A stretch of 58,497 bases of DNA from assembly GCA_025061805.1 (NCBI GenBank), contig JANWZV010000001.1:1-58497 (forward strand). Direction: 5' to 3'. Below are positions 1-8,600 of the stretch, piece by piece. The stretch's first letter is position 1; the number at the start of each line of letters is the position of its first letter. Under the pieces are notes generated by a model that saw only the letters and a program-made list of their open reading frames with translations, did no database searches and had not been told where the DNA came from. Made by a program: the position numbers and the translations under genes. This DNA comes from Candidatus Dojkabacteria bacterium (GTDB lineage: Bacteria > Patescibacteriota > Dojkabacteria > J137).

Positions 1-84
1 AAAAAAATATGTTAAATTAAATGAAAATAAATTAAAAAAAAAAATAAGTTAAATCAAAGTTGATTATTATATAGAATTAACATA

Positions 85-143
85 AATTAATTCAATCACT
101 AAAATTAATTCAAATAAAATAAGATATATAGCAATTAATTCAA
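85..143. repeat. Three exact copies of AATTAATTCAA (85-95, 103-113, 133-143) in non-coding DNA
   Basis: The exact 11-mer is read three times within 60 bp. No ORF covers the region. Confidence 0.8.
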
Positions 144-195
144 ATTTTACATAAAATGAAACTTCTAAAAAAAAAATAAAATTAGTAAAAAATCA

Positions 196-450
196 AAAAG
201 AAATAGAAAGAAGTAAAAAATAGAAAGAAGTAAAAAACAGAAAGAAATAGAAGAAATAGAAAGAAATAGAAAGAAGTAAAAAACAGAAGAAATAGAAAGA
301 AATAGAAGAAATAGAAAGAAATAGAAGAAATAGAAGAAATAGAAAGAAACAGAAGAAATAGAAAGAAATAGAAAGAAACATAAGAAATAGAAAGAAATAG
401 AAAGAAATAGAAAGAAATAGAAGAAATAGAAGAAATAGAAAGAAGTAAAT
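196..450. repeat. Degenerate tandem array of 9/10-bp units (AAAGAAATAG / AAGAAATAG, plus a 17-bp variant AAAGAAGTAAAAAAYAG), about 27 units
   Basis: Read directly, with units delimited by ATAG. The plus strand is almost free of C across the array. Track ORFs 165..458 and 193..381 are only F/L/S/Y translations of the repeat. Confidence 0.9.
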
Positions 451-999
451 AAAAACAAATAAATTTATATTCTTGTAGTTTGTTTCTTTCGTTTATTTTT
501 ATTAATACTGCATCAAGCCTTTATTATGTCCAAATTTTTCTATTTTTAATTGAAATTTTACACAAGACATTTTTATAAAAGTAACCAATTTTTAAAAAAA
601 CAAAAAAAAAATAACAAAAATAAAAAATCTTTTTGTAAAATATACTAAGAATTTTCATTTTATTTGGTTCTTGTCTCGTAAAATTTTTTTTTATGTTTTA
701 TTGGTTTATAATACATGAAATATTTTTTATATCTTTTCTCTTTATACTTATGAATTTATTTTTTATATTTTCATGCTTTATTATGTTATATAAGTTCAAA
801 TTTATTTTTTATTTCTGGATTACATTTTATAAACTTATATTCTATGTTTCTCTTGAATATCAATTTTCTAAAACATGAATTTTCGAAAATATTTGTTTCA
901 ATGTTCTAAAAAAGTATATTGTCTTAATTTTGCATTTTATGTTAATAAATAGATTTATCAAAATTGAATTTCAAACAATAATAATATAAAATCATAAGA

Positions 1000-1410
1000 A
1001 TGGAGAAAAAAATGAATACAAAATTCATTAAGATAAAAGATTTGAAAGAAGGAATGAAAATAAAAACTCTAAATGAAAGAGGTGAAATAGTTTTCAAGAA
1101 AGTAACAAAAATACGTAAGACCGAAGTAAGTAAAGAAGATAGATATGTTCTTTATTTTGATAATGGAACTATTTTGAGGTGTTCTGAGAATCATCCTATA
1201 ATGATTAACTATGAAGGAAATATAATAGAAAAATATCCTTTAATGATTTCCATAAATGATAAAATAGTTACAGATTCAAATGTATTTACAAGATTATTGA
1301 AAATAGAAAAAGATAATAACGATAAAGATTATTATGATATAGAGGTAGAGGAAACCAATACTTTTTTTTGTTCTTCGGAAGAAAGAGATGAGCAGATATT
1401 GACTCATAAC
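1000..1410 (+). other. Intein C-terminal fragment (blocks B, F, G; no block A) fused to the nrdA C-extein
   Basis: Block B is RCSENHPIM, block F is YYDIEVEETNTFF and block G is ILTHN, followed by +1 Ser at 1411. No Cys/Ser1 block A lies upstream. Confidence 0.75.
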
Positions 1411-3090
1411 TCTCAAGGCGGTGTAAGGGGTGGTGCTGGAACATTGTATTTTGTTATTTGGCATTATGAAATAGAAGATATGTTGGTTTTGAAAAACAAT
1501 AAAGGCACTGAAAACAATAGAATCCGTCATTTGGATTATGGTGTAATGATTTCCAGATTATTTTATGAGAGATTGATACAAAATAAAAACATAACTTTAT
1601 TTTCCCCTCATGAAAATAGTGAAATGTATGAGGCATTTTTTAATGACGAGAAAAAATTCAAGAAATTATATGAGCTTGCTGAAAAAAATCCAAACATAAG
1701 AAAAAAGACAATAAAAGCAAAGGATTTGTTTTCTCTACTTATGCAAGAAAGAAAAGATACGGGAAGAATATATATTTTGAATGTCGATCATGCAAATACA
1801 CATTCCTCTTTCATGGAAGACGTAGCTCCTATCAGAATGAGCAATTTATGTTTGGAAATAACCTTGCCGACTGTTCCTCTTAGGAATCCAGATTGCGGAT
1901 ATAAGAAGGTTTTCGTAAAAATTCACAAGGATAAGGTAAGTGATTATAAAAATTGGAGAAAGGAATTCAAGAATCTCATTCCGGAAGAAAAAGATATAAA
2001 AGAAAATTATATTACCATAGTCAATGATATAATAAACGAAAAAATAGATAAAGATAATTATGAATATTTTGAAGAAAAAATGATGGATCTGGAAAGCGGA
2101 TCCATAGCTTTATGTACTTTGTCTGCGATAAATTGGGGTAAAATAAACAAAAAAGAAGAGTTCGAAAAATATTGCAAACTTGCGGTAAGAGGATTGGATG
2201 CTTTGTTGTCTTATCAGGATTATCCATTATATGCGGCAGAAAACAATACGATGTGTTACAGGCCGCTAGGGATAGGTATTATAGGTTTTGCTCACTGGTT
2301 GGCAAAAAACGATATAAAATATACTGAACCGAATCTTGATCTTATAGATGAGTTTGCGGAAGCTTGGAGTTATTATCTCATAAAGGAAAGTGTCAATCTT
2401 GCAAAAGAGAAAGGACCTTGTTTGAAATATTACAACACGAAATACAGTAAGGGTATTTTGCCCATAGACACATATAAAAAAGAAGTCGATGAGTTGGTTC
2501 CTCATAAAGAAAGAATGAATTGGAAAGATCTTAGAGAAGAATTGAAGATATACGGAATAAGAAATGCAACTTTGATGGCTCTTATGCCATCCGAAAGCAG
2601 TAGTCAGTTGGCCAACGAAACAAACGGTATAGAACCGCCGAGGTCTTACGTTTCGGTTAAACAATCGAAGGAAGGTGTGTTAAAACAAGTTGTCCCTGAT
2701 TTCAAAAGATTGAAAAATAAATATGAATTACTCTGGGATCAAAAATCTCCTCAAGGTTACATAAAAATTTGCGCAGTACTGCAAAAATACATAGATCAAA
2801 CGATTTCAGCAAACACATCTTACAATCCCATGTTCTTCAAGGATGAAAAGATTCCCATGAGTGTGTTACTGAAAGATCTCATGATGTGTTACAGATATGG
2901 ATTGAAAACTTTGTATTATTTCAATACATATGACGGACAAGGCGAAATAGATGTAAATAAGCTATTGAAATCGAAAGAAAAAAAGAACTTGATCGTGAAT
3001 GAAATAGAAGAACAAATAAGAAATAATTATGAAGAAAATTCTAAAACTAATGCCGCTGAAGATGAGAAATGCGATTCTTGTGTTTTATAG
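1000..3090 (+). CDS. nrdA: Ribonucleoside-diphosphate reductase alpha subunit (class Ia NrdA), C-terminal ~560 aa only, preceded by a 137-aa intein C-fragment
   Basis: After ILTHN|S the sequence SQGGVRGGAGTLYFVIWHYEIEDMLVLKNNKG, SNLCLEI, IALCTLSAIN, LMPSESSSQ, NGIEPP and a C-terminal CDSC tail are colinear with E. coli/T4 NrdA from the active-site Cys loop onward. The N-terminal ~225 aa of NrdA are absent. Confidence 0.9.
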   Translation: MEKKMNTKFIKIKDLKEGMKIKTLNERGEIVFKKVTKIRKTEVSKEDRYVLYFDNGTILRCSENHPIMINYEGNIIEKYPLMISINDKIVTDSNVFTRLLKIEKDNNDKDYYDIEVEETNTFFCSSEERDEQILTHNSQGGVRGGAGTLYFVIWHYEIEDMLVLKNNKGTENNRIRHLDYGVMISRLFYERLIQNKNITLFSPHENSEMYEAFFNDEKKFKKLYELAEKNPNIRKKTIKAKDLFSLLMQERKDTGRIYILNVDHANTHSSFMEDVAPIRMSNLCLEITLPTVPLRNPDCGYKKVFVKIHKDKVSDYKNWRKEFKNLIPEEKDIKENYITIVNDIINEKIDKDNYEYFEEKMMDLESGSIALCTLSAINWGKINKKEEFEKYCKLAVRGLDALLSYQDYPLYAAENNTMCYRPLGIGIIGFAHWLAKNDIKYTEPNLDLIDEFAEAWSYYLIKESVNLAKEKGPCLKYYNTKYSKGILPIDTYKKEVDELVPHKERMNWKDLREELKIYGIRNATLMALMPSESSSQLANETNGIEPPRSYVSVKQSKEGVLKQVVPDFKRLKNKYELLWDQKSPQGYIKICAVLQKYIDQTISANTSYNPMFFKDEKIPMSVLLKDLMMCYRYGLKTLYYFNTYDGQGEIDVNKLLKSKEKKNLIVNEIEEQIRNNYEENSKTNAAEDEKCDSCVL

Positions 3091-3263
3091 AAATCGATAC
3101 TAGAGCATTATTTTTTTTATGATTCTCTAGATCTTTTGATCTGAAAATTTTCAAAAACAAAAAATCTAGACTGAAATTGAGGTTTTTTTTAAATCTCACG
3201 AAAAGATCATAGATATCTCGAAAGAACTTAGTTTTTTTGGATTTTTTAGTAAGAGGTTTTGGC

Positions 3264-4106
3264 TTATGAATGTATGATCCTTTCTATTTTTCTTATAAGT
3301 TCTTTTTCCTCTTTTTCCGAAATTAAACCATGTTGTGGCGTAAGATGCCATAAGTTTTTCAGATATAGAAGTTCGTTTTTGGAAAGAGTGACAGAGTTGT
3401 AAACATAGTCATACCAAGCTTGACATGTTACAGGAAACAATTTTTTTACCATTCCGAACATTTTTTCTGCGAGTAGTCTGATTTCTTCTTGGGAATTTTC
3501 ACTCATTCTCAAATGAATGAAATGAAGAAAATTATGCATATTTTGTACCCAATAAAATTGGGTATAAGATGACAAAGGCAAAACTATTCTCGCTACTTCC
3601 CTCGAAACAGGCTCTTCTAAGCTGTTGTCATAATTGAGTAATTTTTTGTATGTGTCGTAACAAAAATTGTTTACTTCCTCTATCTTTTTTATGATTTCTT
3701 CACTTTCCTTGAGAACTCTGTCGCTTGAATTTTGTTTATTTTCTTTCGATTGAGTTCTTATTCTCCTTTGTTCCGGAACATAAAAACTATCTTCTATTTC
3801 GGAATACCTCAGAGAATATTCGTTTGCAGAATGAGTCCTGTGTCTGAACATTTGTCTAGCAGTGAAGATAGGACATTTTATGTGAAACTTGAGAACTATC
3901 ATTTCGAATGGTGAAGTATGCCGGTGTTTCATCAGATATCTTATGAGTTTTTCATCATCTCTTTTTGTTTTCGTTCCTTTTCCATAAGAAACTCTTGCTG
4001 CTTGAACTACGGCCCAATCTCCTGGATTATCTTCAGTGGCTTGGGGCATAGTGTCTATTAATCTTACAAATCCTTTGTCCAAATATTTTTCTTCTAGATT
4101 TGTCAT
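3264..4106 (-). CDS. thyX: FAD-dependent thymidylate synthase ThyX
   Basis: RHRTHSANEYSLRYSE matches the ThyX signature RHRxxSxxxxSxR. Length is 280 aa. Confidence 0.9.
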   Translation of the reverse strand: MTNLEEKYLDKGFVRLIDTMPQATEDNPGDWAVVQAARVSYGKGTKTKRDDEKLIRYLMKHRHTSPFEMIVLKFHIKCPIFTARQMFRHRTHSANEYSLRYSEIEDSFYVPEQRRIRTQSKENKQNSSDRVLKESEEIIKKIEEVNNFCYDTYKKLLNYDNSLEEPVSREVARIVLPLSSYTQFYWVQNMHNFLHFIHLRMSENSQEEIRLLAEKMFGMVKKLFPVTCQAWYDYVYNSVTLSKNELLYLKNLWHLTPQHGLISEKEEKELIRKIERIIHS

Positions 4107-4239
4107 GATTAAATTATATTTTTCATTTTTTACAATGTCAAAATTTTTATGATCAAATATGTTTTTCTTTAATATGAATCAAAATAAAAATTTGAATTAA
4201 AAACATTTAATAATTTAAACCATATAAGGTAAAAAAAAA

Positions 4240-5064
4240 TTATTCGAAAAACAATTCTCCGTTTTCTTTATGTAATCTATCTTTTTCTTCCTCGTCGATT
4301 TGTCTACCAAAAGAAGGATTGTGACCGCTATCTATCAATATATTATCTTTTATAGATTGATTTCTTTTTTCCAAATGCAAAACACGAGTGAAAGCATTCG
4401 TTATGGCAGAAGTATAATAAGCGAACGGATTCGATGATTTGTTTTCGTCGAATTTTAAAGCAATGAGACATAATTGAGTAAGAGCAAAACCTTTCATTTC
4501 TTCTAAATACGTATAAGATCTCCAATTTCCTCTTTGACTGTATTTTTCGACCAGTTTCATGAACATTTTACCTAGATTGTCTGTTATTTTACCGTGTGTT
4601 TGACAAAAATATCCGTTTTCCAGATCGCCTTTCCAATGACTTCTACCAACTTCTTCTAGATAATTTTCTTTATAAAGATAATGCTTGAATGGTTTGAAAT
4701 TCAATTTCATGTTTTGATCATAGAAGTCTACGAATATGTTTTCTTTTTTGGAGTTTCTTTTTTGTATTTCCATTTCCTCCAACAAGTCATAATTTTTACT
4801 ATATTTTTTTCTTACTCTTTTTGTATAATCCTTGTACTCTTCTGGTATATGAGAGTCATCCATTACTCTTACTACTATATAATCCCTTTCTGGATTTTCT
4901 GATTTCTTTTTTTCTAGTAAAGTATTCAAATATTTAAAATTTAAATTTTTTTTATCTTCTATGATGAAGTCATAATTTTCGAATCTTTTTTCCTTAAAAA
5001 AACAAAACGATTTTTTGCTTTCGTCTATTTCTTTTAAAATGTTTTCGTTTGTTAAATATTTCAT
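4240..5064 (-). CDS. gp55-like late-transcription sigma factor with a large internal insertion
   Basis: The C-terminal half (LGKMFMKLVEKYSQRGNWRSYTYLEEMKGFALTQLCLIALKFDENKSSNPFAYYTSAITNAFTRVLHLEKRN) resembles the T4 gp55 core (..AEGLSKRFNFSGYT...[24 protein letters not shown]) recalled from memory. The N-terminus LTNENILKEID resembles gp55 NNKELLQAII. Confidence 0.5.
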   Translation of the reverse strand: MKYLTNENILKEIDESKKSFCFFKEKRFENYDFIIEDKKNLNFKYLNTLLEKKKSENPERDYIVVRVMDDSHIPEEYKDYTKRVRKKYSKNYDLLEEMEIQKRNSKKENIFVDFYDQNMKLNFKPFKHYLYKENYLEEVGRSHWKGDLENGYFCQTHGKITDNLGKMFMKLVEKYSQRGNWRSYTYLEEMKGFALTQLCLIALKFDENKSSNPFAYYTSAITNAFTRVLHLEKRNQSIKDNILIDSGHNPSFGRQIDEEEKDRLHKENGELFFE

Positions 5065-5075
5065 TTTATTATATT

Positions 5076-5597
5076 TTATAGTAATTCTTTATATTTTTCA
5101 AAAAATTTTTTTAATTCGAATATATAAAAAAATCTATCGTATTTAGATGAATACCATCTCAAATAAGTCAAATCCGTCAAGAAATTTTCATCGAAATTCA
5201 CGTTTTCCTTATCAACCAATACAAACCATCCTTGGTGGTTGAATTTCATACACAAGAACCATTTTTTTTCATTTGATATTTTTGAGATTTGCGAAATCCA
5301 ACCATTTTCGTTTTCTAGCAACGAAAAATGCTTTTCTTTAAATAATTTGAACCATTGAAAATCTTTGTACCATTTGCATTCGAAAACAAAATTTTTGAAT
5401 TTTTCCGGTGGAATAATATCTCCGGTGGAACTCAATATTTGTATTTCGTTCAATTTTTCTATTTTTTCTTGATTTTTTCCACCTGTAAGTAAACCAGAAC
5501 CGAATACCCTACCGAATTTTTCACCAAAAATTTCATCTAATATTCTTACCAACTCTCTTTCGCCGTTTTTTCCTTTTGTTTTTGATTTATTTTTCAT
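5076..5597 (-). CDS. Hjc-like PD-(D/E)XK Holliday-junction resolvase family protein
   Basis: KGKNGERELVRILDE..G..FGRVFGSG ... GDIIPP ... FVFECKWYKD follows the archaeal Hjc pattern KGxxxERxxxxxL..G..v.R...SG...DII....iE.K. Confidence 0.45.
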   Translation of the reverse strand: MKNKSKTKGKNGERELVRILDEIFGEKFGRVFGSGLLTGGKNQEKIEKLNEIQILSSTGDIIPPEKFKNFVFECKWYKDFQWFKLFKEKHFSLLENENGWISQISKISNEKKWFLCMKFNHQGWFVLVDKENVNFDENFLTDLTYLRWYSSKYDRFFYIFELKKFFEKYKELL

Positions 5598-5600
5598 CCG

Positions 5601-5610
5601 AAATATTTAT
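5601..5610 (-). promoter_or_regulatory. ATAAATATTT box, 3 nt upstream of the start at 5597
   Basis: The plus strand reads AAATATTTAT, and the reverse complement is the box. The spacer is CGG and then ATG. Confidence 0.35.
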
Positions 5611-5626
5611 TTATGACAAATATAAA

Positions 5627-5636
5627 ATAAATATTT
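5627..5636 (+). promoter_or_regulatory. ATAAATATTT box, 4 nt upstream of the portal ATG at 5641
   Basis: Exact 10-mer, back to back with the 5601-5610 box of the divergent gene. Confidence 0.35.
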
Positions 5637-5640
5637 GAAA

Positions 5641-8600
5641 ATGTCAAATTGGAAAAAGTATTTTCAAACTATAACTCTCGATAAGAAGATTTCAGCTTTA
5701 CAAAATCAACCAGATTCTCCTGCTTATGCAAATAAGTTTTCGTCTTATTTGCCGGAAATTTATTCTGGATCTTCCAACAGATTGGAAAGATATCAACAAT
5801 ATGATCAAATGGATCAAGATTCCGAGATAAACGCTAGTTTGGATACTATTGCAGATTTTGCTACGTCCGTGCCGGAAAACAGCAATCTTATATTTGAAAT
5901 AGTTTTCCTTGACAGTAGTTCTCCGACTCCGGTCGAAACGAACATAATAAAACAAGCATTGATAAAATGGTGCAAAATAAATAAATTTTCTTCAAGACTT
6001 TGGAGAATTTTCAGATCTACGATAAAATACGGAGATCAATTTTTCTTGAGAGATCCGGAAACTTTCGAGCTTCTTTGGATAGATCATTATAAGGTGCAAT
6101 CGGTAATAGTCAATCCGGCAAAAGGAAAGAAGCCGGAATATTATGTGATAAACGACTTAGATATAAATTTGCAAACCAAGGTCGCGACCTTGCCTAGGGA
6201 AAATGCAGTCAATATGATAAATTCCTTATATTATGTGAACAAACCACAAGGAGAACAGTTGCAACATACCTTGTATTATAATCAACCGAATGTCACTAGT
6301 TGGATCGGGAAATTCAGGGGTGTTTCCAATACTCCAAGATCTGAAATAGCAGTGAATGCCGATCATATAGTGCATTTTTCCTTAAGTGAAGGTTTGGATG
6401 CACTTTGGCCTTTCGGATCTTCTATTTTGGAAAGTGTTTTCAAGGTTTACAAACAAAAAGAGCTTTTGGAAGACGCGCTCATAATTTATAGAGTACAGAG
6501 AGCACCCGAACGAAGAGTTTTTTACATAGATGTAGGTAACATGCCTCCGCACAAAGCGATATCTTACGTAGAGAGGATAAAAAATGAAATACATCAAAGA
6601 AGAATACCTAACAAAACGGGAGGCGGTACATCGATATTGGACGCTTCTTATAATCCTCTTTGTCTTTCCTTGGATACTAAGATTCCTTTATTGAATAATA
6701 CAGAAAAAACAATTAGAGAGATAATCGACCATTATGAAAACAAAGGCGAAAATCTCTATACTTACTCAATCAATGAAAATACTTTGGAAGTTGAAGTCAG
6801 CAGGATAGTTTCGGCTAAAATCACTGGGAAAAACAAAAAACTCATGAGAATACATTTGGATAATTCGTGTTATGTTGATTGTACTCCGGATCATAGATTC
6901 ATAACCAGAGACGGCAAAGAAGTGAAAGCAGAAGAATTGACGATTGGCACCAGTCTTATGCCTTTTTATTTAAGAAAAAAAGAATTATCAAAAAATTGCA
7001 AAACGACTTATCTTCAGATTTATAATCCTTCGACAAATGAATGGAAATTTGTGCATCGATTGGTCAAGGACAATTATCCCATTAAAGATCATGTGTATAA
7101 TGAAAAATATAAGAATAAACCAAAAGAAGTCATTCATCATTTAGATTTCAATAGGTTTAATAATACCCCGGAAAATTTGGTTCTTATGAATTCTATAGAT
7201 CATTGGTTGCTCCATAGTGAAGCGGCAAAAAGTAAAGTTAATAGAGAAAAAATATCTTTGTTGAATAAAAGAAGATGGAAAGACGATAATTTCAGAAATT
7301 CTGTCATAGAAAAACAGAAAATAAGGTATTCTGAAAAAATGTTTTGTATTTTACAGAATGTTTTTTCGCAGAATTCGCAAAATCAAGAAAAGATTCTTTC
7401 TATACTGAACAAGAATAAAGAATTTATCGAGGAATTCAAGAAAATAAACAACAAGACAAAATGTGCCAACAAAGATTTTTCTGTTTTTACAAGAAGAAAT
7501 CTTATATGTTTGATAAATTGTTTCGGCTATGATAGTTGGAAAAAATTCAGAATCGAGCAAATCAAGGCAAAAAAAATAAGAAATTCGGTATTTTATCAAA
7601 ATTGTAATTTTGATGAACATACTAAAGATTTCATAAAGAATATAGTTTCTTCTTTTGATGAAGATTTTAGAATAAGGGATTTATTGGAGAAAATAAACCA
7701 AAATAAATCGTTTTTAGATTCTTGGAAAAATTCCAATAAGAAATTACATAAAAAATGTTTAGTCAAAAAAAGTTTCGATAAGTTTAATTATAAGCATCTT
7801 AGAACATTTGTCATTTCGAATGGTTATGCTAATTTTGACGAATTTAAGAAAAACGTTCTTCAGGATAGTCAATTGAACCATAAAATAACGAAAATAGAAT
7901 ATTTGGAAGGAGTGCATGATGTGGGAGATATACAGATAGATTCTCCTTCTGGTTCTCATTGGTTCGCCGTTTCTGCCGGAATATTTGTTCATAATTCTAT
8001 TTTGGAAGATTATTTCTTTCCTATAACGGCGGAAGGAAGAGGAAGCAAAGTTGAAACTTTGCCAGCCGGTGAAAATTTAGGTCAGATTGACGATTTGAGA
8101 TATTTTGATAACAAACTGAAAAGAGGTTTGAGAGTTCCTTCTTCATATCTTCCATCAGGTCCAGAAGATGGCCAGACTTCTTTCAACGATGGTAAGATAG
8201 GCAATGCTTATATTCAAGAATATAGATTTTCGAAATATGTGCAGAGGTTACAGAATTTGTTGCAACCTACCATAGATAAAGAATTTAAGTATTTTTTGAA
8301 AGTAAATGGAATAAATGTAGATACTTCTTCTTTCTATATTTGTTTCTGGCAACCGCAGAATTTCGGTAAATATAGACAACTTGAGACAGATGCGGCACAG
8401 ATACAGATATTTTCTTCACTTTCAGATGTACCTTGGTTGAGCAAAAGGTTTATAGCAAAAAGATATCTTGGATTAACTGATGACGAAATCATAGAAAATG
8501 AAAAACTCTGGTTAGAAGAGAATTCTGACACCCAGCAAGAAACTAAAAATCAAGACGAAAAAACCGACATGTTTGATAACGGCATGATGAATATGAACAC

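Noticed and set aside
196-450. Tandem array as a CRISPR locus
   Set aside because: The units are contiguous 9-17-bp repeats with no unique spacers, no palindromic repeat and no cas genes.
165-458. Track ORFs 165..458(-) and 193..381(-) as genes
   Set aside because: They are F/L/S/Y low-complexity translations of the 9/10-bp tandem array, with no coding-like variation.
693-878. 61-aa ORF in the leader
   Set aside because: Its extreme F/I/L/Y composition is typical of random AT-rich DNA, and it has no start context.
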